Assembly (NCBI GenBank): GCA_043228905.1
Contig: JBHGNT010000016.1
Span: forward strand, 15,686,001 to 15,750,000
Reading direction: 5' to 3'
Length of the DNA stretch: 64,000 bases
Source: Azolla caroliniana
Lineage: Eukaryota > Plantae > Polypodiophyta
This document shows, one piece after another, positions 33,976 to 46,974 of the stretch (the first letter of the stretch is position 1; every line of letters begins with the position of its first letter). The notes below the pieces were generated by a model that was not told the DNA's origin, did no database searches, and worked only from the letters and a program-made list of their open reading frames with translations. The translations under genes and the position numbers were made by a program.

Positions 33976-36900
33976 ATGGAAGGGGAGGGAGGATGTTTAG
34001 AATTACCCCTCAATGATCATCAGGATAGGGATGACGCTATCAAGACACACCAAGTGATACGAAAGTATCGGGCAGAAAAAAAAAGAAAACATCGTCAATT
34101 GTTGAAGGATACAAAAGCCACACTCACTAAAGGTAAAGATAGTATTGGTTGCGATATAGGTCTAAATATCACTGAGAATGGAAGTAATGGGACTACTATC
34201 ATAGAGAGAAAGGTTGTAGACTATTTCAATGTTCAAACCAAGCACATCAGCAATGAAGACAAGAAGGTAGTACTTTATGGAATATTAAATGATCCATCGA
34301 TAAAGGAGTTAGTTGATTGTGATGGTCTTAATGCAAACGTAACATCTGTACTAGTAAATAATCTCCGTAATAGTTTTGTATCCATGAGTAGGTCAGAAGA
34401 TGATCTTGTCTTAAAAAGGTCTAGTCTAATGATGTTACTTAATAGTGATGTTGAAGATATTAACATCAGTGTGCTATCTAAGGTAATTCGTGTTAGTAGA
34501 AAAAGTGTGTACAATACATTGAATCGGATAGTTTCCTCGGGTGAAGGAACTAGTCTACTAAAGCTAACAACAAGATGTCACCCAATGACACCCATAAAAT
34601 CAAAAATCATGGATATAATCACAATATTTTGGACTGATGAGAGTAGGGTTTCACCGAATAAGAAGGATTTATGCAGGAAACATGCTGGAAGGAGTCAATA
34701 CGAGGAGCATCACATTCATCTTCTTGATGTACCTTAGGTATTTACATTTATCTCAACATTTGTTTTGATTTTAGAGCTTAGTTAGTTAGCTTATTAGCTA
34801 CCTCCGAATATGACCATACCCAAATAGTTAATTACCTACCTCAGAATATGACCATAGCTAACTAGCTACGAATAATACTAGCTAATTAGCTACCATAATA
34901 GCTAATTAGCTCCCTAAGAATATCGAACATAGCTATTTAGCTACCAGAATAGCTAATTATCTACCACTCATAATTGTTTAGCTACCACAATAGCTAATTA
35001 GCTTCCTATAACAATAGCAAATTAGTTGCTAGGATAGCTAATTAGCTGCTAGGATAGCTAATTAGCTACCATAATAGCTAATTAATTGGTAGTATGGTAG
35101 TAACTAATTAGCTAATGTACTAAACAATGGTAGTAGCTAATTAGTTACCACTTAGCTAATTAGCTACTCAACTAAAGTATGGTAATAGCTAATTAGCTAA
35201 GTGGTAGCTAATTAGCTAAGTGGTAGCTAATTAGCTATTGTACTAAACTATCGTAGTAGCTAATTAGCAACCACTTAGCTAATTAGCTATTCTATTAAAC
35301 TATAGTAGTAGCTAATTAGCTATTACGATACTTTAGTTGAGTAGCTAATTAGCTACCATCTAACTAATTAACTATTGTATTAAACTATGGTAGTAGCTAA
35401 TTAGCTACCACTTCGCTAATTAGTTACTCAGCTAAAGTATCGTAGTAGATAATTAGCTATTGTACTAAACTATGGTAGTAGCTAATTAGCCACCACTTAG
35501 CTAATTAGCTATTGTACTAAACTATGGTAGTAGCTAATTAGCTACTTTCTTAAATTAGGTACTCAGCTAAAGTATGGTAGTAGCTAATTAGCTACTCAGC
35601 TAAAGTATGGTAGTAGCTAATTAGCTACTCAGCTAAAGTATAGTAGTAGCTAATTAGCTATTGTACTAAACTACGGTAATAGCTAATTAGCTGCCACTTA
35701 GCTAATTAGCTATTGTACTAAACTATGGTAGTAGCTAATTAGCTACCACTTAGCTATAGAGCTAATCAGTATGTCCATTTTATTACGCAGGTCAATTTAT
35801 TTATTAGGCTTAGGCAAATGCATCCAAATATCAAAGTTCAACTACGAACATTCGAGTCTCTTAAGGCACACTTTGTGAGACGCTTGAAGGATCGATACAC
35901 ATGTTGTTGCATTTACCATGTACAAATGGATTTTCTCAAGGACTTTGTTAATCTACTATGTCACCATAGCGTCGCCCTAACTAATGTAGTTTGCACTTGT
36001 GAGTGCCCAATTTGTCGATCGGGCCCGCATGAGCACTATAAATCATCTGAGCATGTTATCTCTTCCATGAGTTGTCTTTTAGATTCAGTATTGTGTCCGA
36101 GAGAAACTGAGGCCATCTTCCACAGTCACAAATGCATCATAGGTTTATGTCAAGATTGTGGCCCTAGTATATTTAGGTGGTGTCCAAATGAATTGAGTAG
36201 TGAAATATTAATCTCTATCAAGTTATTTGAGTCAATTGACACCAATTTCGAAGGAAAGGTGTGTAAAAGAAAGGATATAGTTAGGAAGTCATTTAAACCA
36301 AGGGATTTGGCGTCTCTATTTGTAGTATCTCTAGTGAAGTTCATTAAACACAACTTCATTTATTCATGGCAAGCCCATCAGTTTAAGACTTGCATATCTG
36401 ATTTTTCCAAATGATGTAGTAGTCTCAGTAGTAGATTTCACAGAGAATTATACTTTCAAACAGTAGAATGAAATTCAATCTATGCATTGGTGTTCAGCAC
36501 ACGTAACCATTTTTGTGCACATAACATATTTTCGAGTTTCAAGTGATTTTAAAAAAGTAATTCATTTTTTTATTTCTGATGATAAGAAGCGTGATACCTT
36601 GTTTGTCCAACATTGTTTTAACTTACATTGGCAATGGTTATTAGCTAAACGTTTGGAGCTTACTCAACATTGGGTCTGGTCTGATGGAGTTGCGTCACAA
36701 TTCAAGGCTAGACATCCATTTTATTTTGTGGGGAGGTATCCTGCTATAACAGGTTTGGAGATGAGGTGGAATTTTTTTGGGTCTGGCCATGGTAAAGGTC
36801 AACATGATGGTGCAGGCGTTCTTATAAAGTGGGCACTTACCCATGAACAACTAAAGGCCGATGGTGTGCAGATGAATTGTGCAGCACATGTAGTTGATTT

Positions 36901-37610
36901 TTTAAGAGCTAATATGTCAACGAGTGCAACTGGTGTTTATTCCTCACACGTCTAAAATATCAAACGTGAATTTTGGGAAGTGAAGATAGATGAAGTAAAT
37001 AGGGAGAAGACCTGGGAGTGCCAAGGAATTCCCGAATTGTGATCTCTCCATGTTGTTCGCAGTTATTCTAGGTTTGATGGTCATTGTATTGCAGTTACAG
37101 AATTAACTTGTTTTTGCTTCCATTGTGTGTAGGGAAGTAGGAGGTATTGTTTAAACAAAGCATATATTCAGAATTGGGAGTATCGTACATTGAACAATGA
37201 GGAAGCAGTTCATGGAGAAACAGAAAAAGAATGTTGACTTCACATATCAAGGACATGGAGATACTCTGAGTGATGTCTTAAATGTTGGGGATAATTTCGT
37301 TTTAAATGTTGATTTCTATATATTGAAGTGCATGGTTAATAAATAGTGTGCAATGCAGAATATATTAGATGCTTGGGGAAATGTTGTATCTACCTGGACA
37401 TTCTACATCGAAGGTATTTTTTATGCAACACTAGATGATTACGATTATGTGTATAGGTTATTAGAAGACAAACCAGTGGTGTACATGTACTCTCATTTGG
37501 TCAGGTGTATCAATGTCCCAATGTTGCAATACAATAGCTGCTTAGGTTTATACACATTTAGTGCTAATGTGTATGAATGTATTTACAACAGTATGCCAGT
37601 TTTCTTGTAA
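33976..37610 (+). pseudogene. Sola2-like transposase pseudogene (exons 33976-34737, 35791-37610)
   Basis: Same motifs as copy 1; CAG>TAG at the exon 1 end, frameshift near 36405, several stops. Confidence 0.9.
34775..35770. repeat. TAGCTAATTAGCTA palindrome array in the transposase intron of copy 2
   Basis: Intron 34738-35790; spacers TTGTACTAAACTATGGTAG, CCACT, CTCAGCTAAAGTATGGTAG. Confidence 0.95.
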
Positions 37611-40043
37611 TACAAACAAAGAACATGTATTGCAAGTAAACAATTTAATGGACCTATTTGGGAGTTTTTTTCTTGATATACAGTCTACTTTTTGTGCTTC
37701 TTTCTCAATAAAATCGTGTCTTTTTTATATACAGTCTTGATACCTTGTTCTTCTTTCTTAATAAACTGGTATGCCATGGAATTTGTAGCTACAAGTAGCA
37801 ATTACCAGTTTTCTTGTAAAACAAACAAACCACATGTATTGCAAGTAAACAGTTTAATGGACTTGTTTGGGAGTTTTTTTCTTGAAGCAACCATACTCAG
37901 TCACCAACCTTAAAAGGAGACTTAAGACGATGCCAATACGCATTAGTCTTATTGTTGTGCTTGAGCTATCTGAAGATGTGAAGATAACGCTAACTGGATC
38001 CGGTGTAGTCGATGAAGCGAATGCTCAACACTATGGTTTCGTGCTACCTCAGGAAGTTCTAGGATACACCATCGAGGATGGTTGTCGATGTAGGCAAAGA
38101 AAGGTGTAACCTTGGTAGAAGAGTGTACTGTGTTATTGTATGCAAACTCAGCAAGATGTAAAATATTGCTTCAATCATCTTGTTGATAACTGATGAACCA
38201 AGGAACATATTGCTCAAGCGTTTGATTTGTGCGCTCTATTTGTTCGTCAGTTTGTGGATGATAAGCCAAAGAGAGTTTGCATGAAATTTTGAGGTCTGCC
38301 CATAGGTGCTTCCAAATGTGAGAGATAAATTGAGGACCACAATCGCTAATTATATTATCTAGAAGACCATGATGTCGAAACACTTTACGCATAATGAGAT
38401 CTACAGTTTCCTGGCTGTTGATGCTCTGTACACATGGTAAAAAATGCGCCATCTTGGTAAATTGATCGACTACTGTTAAAATAGTATCAAATCCTTTTGA
38501 AGGTGGCAGATCCGTAATGACATCCATAGAAATAGACTGTCATGGCTTAGTTGGAGGCGGTAATGGTTGTAACAAGCCATAAGGATGATGCCTGGGTATT
38601 TTGGCTTCACAATAGGTGTCACATGTACGAAGATAATCTTCGACAAAGTTTTGCAAATGAAGCCACCAAAAGGAGCGCTTCACCAATTCCATTGTCTTGG
38701 CAATACCAAAATGTCCAACCATAGGGGCATCATAATAGTGCTCCAATACTTGAAGGCGGGGTGATCCATCAGGGACGTAAAGGAGATTCTTGTAAAAGAG
38801 TAAGTCATCTTGCCATTTGAATTCCTGATAGTGTTGAGTTAACCCTTGCAATGTGGAGCAAGATTCATGGCTTGGACTAATGTGGGCTAAGACATCCTTA
38901 ATGAAATCATCAGAGTGAAGTCGTTGCCAAATAGTATCCACAAGGCTTGATTCAAGCAGCATGGCATAAACTGTTGTTGCTTGTAGCTTTGATGGTCCTA
39001 GGAGAATTTGCTTTTGATAGTCGAAGGCTGGATCTCCAGGCCAAAGTGCGAGATATGATCATCAAGACAGAGCATCTGCTTTCCCTTGTTGTTTCCCAGG
39101 GTGAAAAATGATCTTGAAATCAAAACGAGTTAGAAATTGTGCCCACCAAGCTTGTCTCCTATTTAACACTCGAGCCGTTTGAAAATACGTAAGATTTTTG
39201 TGATCACATAAATGATGATTTGATGAGGCAATCCTTCCAAGAAATGTCGCCATTGCTCAAAAGAGTGGACCACAACTAATAACTCCTTGTCATGCACCTC
39301 GTAGTTTATATCCGCAACAGTAAATTTTCGCGAGTGAAATGCGACTAGATGGGACTTTCGGTCCTTGCCTGGTTGTGATAGGATACTCCCCAATGCAAAG
39401 TCTGACGCATCTGCCTCAATATTAAATGGCCTTTTGGGATCAATATGCGTTAATATAGGAGTTTATGTGAATGCCTTTTTGAGCTGAGTAAAGGACGTGT
39501 CCGCTTCATTAGTCCAAACCAAGGCTGTTAGGTACATTAGGTGTCATGATATGGCAAGACTCGAACCCATGACCTTATGCTACATGGGTCAAGCTCTTAC
39601 CATTAGACTATGAATTGTATTTTGTAGGATATTATTTTCATTTATGTTTTATCATAGAAAATTGATGTATATTCCAAATCTCTCTGGAACATTCTAGAAG
39701 CTTCAGGATTATTCCTAAAAACACTATAAAAGGAGGCACAAGGCATTGTTTTGAACCAAATTGGTTCAACACTGGTCTTAAGCCTCTTAGCCAATTTGTA
39801 CTTATCTTTCATATAATATAAGAGTTGTTGTCATCATCCTATTTCTCTCTCTCTTCTCTTCTCACTTCCTCTCTCTCGGGAATCTTACGCAAACCCGTCC
39901 TCTTAGTACTAATAGTACTACTCTTCTTAGTACTAATTTCATCTCTGCTTTAGTACTATTCCTGACAGTTTGAACCAATTTTTTCCTCTTTTCTCCAGCC
40001 TACTTGTCGTTCTCCCTCATCCTCCTATCCTTTTCCCCCTACT

Positions 40044-41201
40044 ATGGCTATTGTTAGCGCCCAAGAATATCAATCCGTTTTCTCCGAGTTACAATGCCTA
40101 AAAGAAAAATTTGTTGCCCTGGAACAAGAAAACCAACAGCTGATAGGGGATCTGCAACAAATCGCTCTAGAAAAGCAACAAACGCAGCAACAACATGGGG
40201 AGTTAGCGTTACGGGTGCAACAACTCGAAGCGGCATTCCAACAACAAGGATCAAGTCCCCAAGGATTTCATAAAGAGCCGAAGATCGGACTTCTTGTGAA
40301 ATTTGATGGAACGCGATCGCAATTCAGGGGATTCCTTAATCAGGTACGATTAGTCCTTCAAATGCATCCTTCCCGATACCCCACTGATGAATCCCGAGTT
40401 GGCTTAATAGGCACGTTGCTTAGCGGCTCAGCCTTAGCATGGTTCGCTCCGCTTCTAGAAAAACAATCGCCCTTGCTTAATAACTTTGAAGATTTTATTA
40501 GTGAGTTCAAAGCCTGCTTTGGAGACACCGACAGCATCAGGACGGCGATCAACAAGATCCGGCGATTGCGTCAAGGCGATCGTCCAGCCTCTGCCTATGC
40601 GGCGGATTTCCGCCTACTCGGCTCCGACATACCCTGGGATGATCAAGCACTAATGAGGCAGTTTCGCTATGGCCTGCAAAATGATGTCAAAGATCTACTT
40701 CTAACCTTCCCCGAAGAACCAAAGTCTCTTACGGAGGCAATCAGTCGAGCGGTCCGATGTGACAACCGCCTCTTCGAACGGCGTTCGGAACGTCAATTAC
40801 AGATACCACGCGCTAGGCCGAAGCCCACTTACGCCGCAGTCGCGGCTAGACCATTTGCATGAGACATTCCTCAAGCAAATACTTCAACACCGATGGAGAT
40901 CGATACCATGCATCGACGCGGCCCGTTATCGGAAGAAGAAAAGCAACGACGACGTGCAAATCGATTATGTCTTTATTGTAGTGGACCAGGGCATATCGCA
41001 ATCAATTGTCCCCATAGGCCAAGAAGACAGGTAAATCAAATTGTAGCCTGTACTAAACCCGAGTCAATTCTTCCCTTAGGAGTGTCTGATAGTATTAATA
41101 GTACTAATAGAGTGTTTGATAGTATTCATAGTACTAATAGCCCAAGTATCTCAAATAAATTTGAAATCCTTAGTCAATTAGATGAAGAGTTAAACGATTG
41201 A
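40044..41201 (+). pseudogene. Chromovirus F gag (one premature TGA at 40860-40862)
   Basis: ORFs 40044-40862 and 40893-41201 in the same frame; [14 protein letters not shown] knuckle. Confidence 0.85.
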
Positions 41202-44200
41202 GTCCAGCCAAAATAGGAGCCGTTTGGTTGGACAGCAGCCCTAGATCTGTACAGCCCATTAGTGGTTCCATTCCTTCCAAGCAAGTTAGCAACGTGTTCC
41301 TAGCCCAAGTCATTGTTAGTACTAAAAGTACTCCCCCAGTACCCGTCCTAGAACTTTTAGATTCCGGAGCTAATTCCTGTTTCATGGATCGAAATTTTGC
41401 CCAAGCTTCTCAGATATACTTAAGAAAACTTCCTTGTCCCACATCTGTAGTAGTCATTGATGGTCGTCCCATTGCTTCCAGGAATATTATAGAAGAATCA
41501 GAACCCATTCAAGTTGTCCTAGGTAGTTTTGTGTGTGTAATATCATTTAATATAATTAGTAGTCCAGTGCATCCCATTGTCCTAGGATTACCTTGCTTTG
41601 AATTACATAATCCAGCCATAGATTGGAGAACAAGAGAAGTCCGATATCGACCACCCCAAGAATCAACTCACCAAGTTTCGACCATTTCACTCCATCAACT
41701 ACGCGAAGAAGGACCCAAGGAGGCAATGTTCCTATTTGCAATATCAGTACATCCTTCCAGCACTATTAAGGACTCCTCAGTACAACTTCCAGCAAAATAT
41801 CATCCTTATGCCGATGTATTTGACAAGGTAAAAGCTGGTACCCTTCCTCATCATCGTCCCTATGACTGTCCCATCAATTTACAACCAGGAACCGAGCCAC
41901 CATGGGGACCAATTTACAACTTGTCACCCACCGAGTTAGAAGTCCTTCAAGCCTACATAGAGGAGAACTTGGCAAGCGGGTTCATCCGCCATTCGAAATC
42001 TCCGGCCGGTGCACCCATCTTCTTTGTCAAGAAGAAAGATGGCTCACTTCGTATTGTCGTTGATTACCGCGGATTGAATAAAGTCACCATCCGGAATAGG
42101 TATGCACTTCCTCTTATATCAAGTCTTTTAGAGCGAGTTAATGATGCCAAGTTTTTTACTAAAATCGACCTACGAGGAGCGTATAATCTCGTGTGGATCC
42201 GACCGGGAGATGAATGGAAGACCGCCTTTCGCACGCGGTATGGGCATTTCGAGTATACTGTTATGCCGTTTGGCCTAACCAATGCACCCGCAGTCTTCCA
42301 ACACATGGCAAATGATATATTCAGAGACCTCTTGGATACCTGTTTGATCATTTATCTGGATGATCTGTTGATTTATTCGAAGACCCAGGAAGAGCACGAT
42401 TCTCATGTATTATTAGTACTAAAGCGACTCCGCGAGAATGGTCTTTATGCCAAGCTAGAAAAATGTAGCTTTGACTGCAAGCAAGTGGAATTTCTAGGCT
42501 ACGTCATCTCCTCAAAGGGCATCGCCATGGATCCAGCTAAAATCCAAACTGTACTAGAGTGGCAAATTCCACGGTCGGTACGAGATGTACAATGTTTTCT
42601 AGGTTTTGCTAACTTCTACCGTAAGTTTATACAGGATTACTCAAAGATTATTTTACCTCTCACACAACTTACGAAGAAGGGCCAAGCATTTCTTTGGTCC
42701 ATAGAAGCAGATATGGCTTTTCGGCATCTTAAGAAAGCCTTTAGATCAGCACCGATTCTAGCTCATGTGGATACAAGCAAACCATTCATCATGGAGGCCG
42801 ACGCATCAGATTTTGCCCTCGGTAGCATCCTTTCTCAACAAGGCGATAAAGAAGAGTTGCATCCGGTGGCTTTCCATTCGCGCAAATTCGATGTCGCAGA
42901 AATCAACTACGAAATACATGACAAGGAGTTATTAGCCATCGTGGATTCATTTGTACAATGGCGGCATTTCTTAGAGGGCTGTCCACATCAGGTCATTGTC
43001 TTTAGCGATCATAAAAATCTTGCTTATTTTCAGAACGCTCGCGTACTAAATCGACGGCAAGCTCGGTGGGCGCAATTCCTCACGCGTTTCGACTTCAAAA
43101 TCACATATCGACCGGGGAAGCAGCAAGGAAAAGCAGATGCACTATCACGGCGTTCATATCTTGCACCTCATCCTGGTGACGCAACATTTGATAATCAAAA
43201 GCAAGTAATCTTGGGACCAACACGATTGCACACGACGCGGATTTTTCACACCCCGATGGATCACGGATTACCGATGACATACGTGCAACCTTGAAGACGG
43301 ATAGTTTTGCTCAAGACATCCTGGCGCACATTGATACTTCTCGGGCATCTTGTTCTTAGTCTCAACAACCAGGTATTGACTACCGACAATTCGAATATCA
43401 TAATGGTTTGTTATTCTTTAAAAAGCGCGTATATGTCCCCGATTGCTCCTGTCGCCTTCAAATCGTCCAACATTGTCACGACACCCATACGGCGGGACAT
43501 CGGTAGTACTAAGACGTTGGAGCTAGTGCATTGATCTTTTTGGTGGCCCCACATGCGCCGTTTTGTCGACGACTACGTTCGGACCTGTGATGCTTGCTGC
43601 CGAGCAAAGATGCCACGACACCATCCATATGGCTTGTTGGAACCTTTACCGATTCCAAATACAGTCTATTTGTCTTGATTTTATCACAGATCTGCCGGTC
43701 TCGAAGGGGTTCGATGCTATCCTAACCGTCGTCGATCGATATACGAAGATGGCACATTTTGTGCCATGTACTAAAGCCATCACTAGCGAGGAAACCGCCG
43801 CTCTTGTTCTGCGTGAGGTATTTCGGCATCATGGCCTCCCAGACAGTATTATCAATGACCGAGGCCCGCAATTTGTCTCCAAATTTTGGCAGCATCTCTT
43901 CAAGATGCTCAAGGTCTCCTGCAACCTCTCCTCCGGCTACCATCCTCAGACCGACGGACAGGCGGAACGAACAAACCAAACGCTGGAGCAATATCTCCAG
44001 CGTTTCCTGAGTTATCAACAGGACGATTGGGCCGAGATTCTCCACTTTGCGGAGTTTGCGTATAATAATGCTATTCACTCCTCGACACGGGTCTCCTCAT
44101 TTTTCGCTTATACCGGTTTCCATCCTCACTGGTCGGTGATCGACACTCCGGAGCTACCTACCAACCCTCGTGCCAAGGATCATTTGGAGAGGCTACGCAA

Positions 44201-44756
44201 GATCCAGATGGATCTCTCTACTCACCTTCGTCATGCTCAACACACACAGAAGACTTATGTGGATCGTCATCGGATTCCCTCCTCTTTTGCCATCGGAGAT
44301 CGAGTATGGCTCTTACATCGTCACATCAAGACTACTCGACCGTGCGACAAGTTGGATTATCCATGACTCGGTCCTTTCCGTATTACGGGGAAGATTAATG
44401 ATGTCACCTTCCACCTTGATCTCCCTCCGCAGCTTCAAATACATCCGGTTTTCCATTGTTCTCTTCTTGAGCCTTATCAAGCAAACACCATTCCCGATCG
44501 TGTGACACCACCGCTGCCCCCGCTGGAGTTGGACACCGGCCCAGAGTATGAAGTTGCTGCCATCCTCAATTCCAAACTTGTTCGCAACAAACTTTATTAC
44601 TTGGTCGATTGGCTCGGTTATAGTCCGAGCGAACGTACTTGGAAACCCATCGAGCATGTTGCCAATGCACAAGATCTTCTTGCTGATTTCCACCGAAAGT
44701 ATCCGGACAAACCCAGTCCGCAATTTGCGTCGACTCATTCCACTCGTCGTCTTTAA
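41198..44756 (+). pseudogene. Chromovirus F pol (PR-RT-RH-INT-chromodomain) with frameshifts after RNase H
   Basis: LLDSGAN, YLDD, DASD, HPQTDGQAER, YLVDWLGYSPSERTW. Confidence 0.9.
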
Positions 44757-46519
44757 GGGGGAGATAGTGTCATGATATGGCAAGACTCGAACCCATAACC
44801 TTATGCTACATGGGTCGAGCTCTTACCATTAGACTATGAATTGTATTTTGTAGGATATTATTTTCATTTCTGCTTTATCATAGAAAATTGATGTATATTC
44901 CAAATCTCTCTGGAACATTCTAGAAGCTTCAGGATTATTCCTAAAAACACTATAAAAGGAGGCACAAGGCATTGTTTTGAACCAAATTGGTTCAACACTG
45001 GTCTTAAGCCTCTTAGCCGATTTGTACTTATCTTTCATATAATATAAGAGCTGTTGTCATCATCCTATTTCTCTCTCTCTCCTCTTCTCACTTCCTCTCT
45101 CTCGGGAATCTTACACAGTCCCGTCCTCTTAGTACTAATAGTACTACTCTTCTTAGTACTAATTCCATCTTTGCTTTAGTACTATTCCTGACATTAGGTA
45201 CCTTATGGATACCATACGTATATAACGTATTAATACCCGTATAGTACCTACCAATTTAAAAATACATTTTCTTAATATGTTAAATACTTATAAAATATGT
45301 AAAATACGTATTTTATGTATACTATGTTAAATACTTCTAGAATTTGAAAATTATTTACCTTTCTAAAAAATATCTATAATATTGTAAAAAACATCTATGT
45401 TTACACGATTTTGTGATATACAATATAGTTCTACATCCTAAAATGCATATAAGACATTTGAACATTTCACATCCTAAAATACTTGTAGTAATATGGATGT
45501 CGACATTCCCTTATTCTATAAATCAATGTAAGTGTGTATCACGATGTTCTACTTCAAATTGTAATTATTTACAATTATGCTTTCATAGATTGAGGAATCA
45601 TCTACGATTATCACACTCATGATAGGTTTCTCTTTTCTTTGTTTTCTTCTTCTTCTTCTTCTATCTTCGACGATTATCACACTTAGAGTCAAGACAGGTT
45701 TATGTCTTCTTTACTCTCTTCTTCTTCATCTTCTTCATCGTCGTCTCTTCTATTCTTCCTTCCTTTGGCTTCTTTTTCACTAAAATCTTTTTTTTCTTTT
45801 GCTTTTTGTTGGGGTTTTACTTACATTTTCTTTATAAATACATATTATACCTGTTCTTTTATAAATACGTTAACTACTCTATTGGACAAATGTACATGAT
45901 ATTTGACTGAACAACATTGAGGTATAGTACGTACTATACAAATGATGAGGTACTATACGTATTTAAACGTTAAATACAGGTACGTTAACAACCATGGTCC
46001 AAACAAACGCTTGATCTTTCTTGGTGAGTTGGGTGAGAGGCAACACGATCTCTAAATAATTCCATATGAATTTGCGATAGAAATTAGCAAATCCGAGGAA
46101 ACATTGCACGTCTTGAACAGAACGTGGGGGTTGCCATTCCAATATTGTTTTGACTTTTGTTGGATCCATGAAGATACCCTTGGACGAAATAGTATAACCC
46201 AAGAATTTCAACTTGTTTGCTACCCAAACCGCATTTCTCAAGTTTGGCATACAAGCCATACTTTCTTAAACATTCAAGTACTTTCCGAACATGCATATCA
46301 TGCTCCTCCTATGTTTTCGAGTAAATCAGCAGAGCATCTAAATAGATGATGAGAAAGATATCTAGAATATCTCGAAAAATGTCATTTGCCATATGTTGGA
46401 AAACTGCGGGTGCATTTGTGAGCCCGAAAGGCATGATTGTATATTCAAAATGACCATACCGAGTGCAATTTTCCACTCATCTCCCAGTTAAATTTGAACT
46501 AGATTATATGCACCCCTTA

Positions 46520-46974
46520 TATTAGAGATCTAAGTACCAAAGTAAGCTTAAGATAAGGATAAACTAATGATAGATAGAAAGGAGAAAGAGAAAGAAGGGT
46601 GTCGATCCACCCGACCACCCCCGAGCGAAGGGATCGAGACGGACTCAAGCCTCGATCAGCGTCCCATACCACCGTTGTGGCGTCGAGTCATACTTGGTGC
46701 TGGCGCGCTCGCTACAAGAGTTGACCCACCACAAGAGCAAAGTCTCAATGTAATCAAAAGATCATCCAATGAGGGTAGCTAGGCCTCTTATTTATAGCGA
46801 TACCCAAGGCCCCCAGGCAAGTTCACACTTGACCTAATGGGTTGTCTCAATCCCGAGGATTGAAAGTAATCCTCCCCTTCTTTACACTCTCGTTTAACCC
46901 TCACACTTATCCACATGTATAGAATACTACGGTAAATTCTCACCACGGGATATTATATGGTCATGCCCGTAACA
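46520..46974. mobile_element. Solo LTR in the RT of chromovirus E
   Basis: 5-bp TSD CCTTA (46515-46519, 46975-46979); ends TAACA; removal restores IDLRGAYNLV. Confidence 0.85.

Larger units (their letters stand above)
32743..37880 (+). mobile_element. Sola2-like DNA transposon, second, 3'-truncated copy
   Basis: Left TIR GGGTGAAAGCATGTGAGTGGAAACA at 32743; colinear with 16159-21800; no right TIR or accessory genes found; right boundary approximate. Confidence 0.85.
39542..45193 (+). mobile_element. Chromovirus F, full length, same family as B
   Basis: 426-bp LTRs 39542-39967 and 44768-45193 (TG...CA), perfect TSD TTAGG, PPT AAGGGGGAGATAG. Confidence 0.95.
39526..45990. mobile_element. Solo-LTR-like insertion (39526-39541 + 45194-45990) hosting chromovirus F
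   Basis: TGTTA...TAACA termini; AT-rich, non-coding; flanks show no TSD. Confidence 0.6.

Noticed and set aside
37600-37900. Right TIR of Sola copy 2
   Set aside because: No TGTTTCCACTC..ACCC match seen downstream; the copy is truncated against chromovirus E
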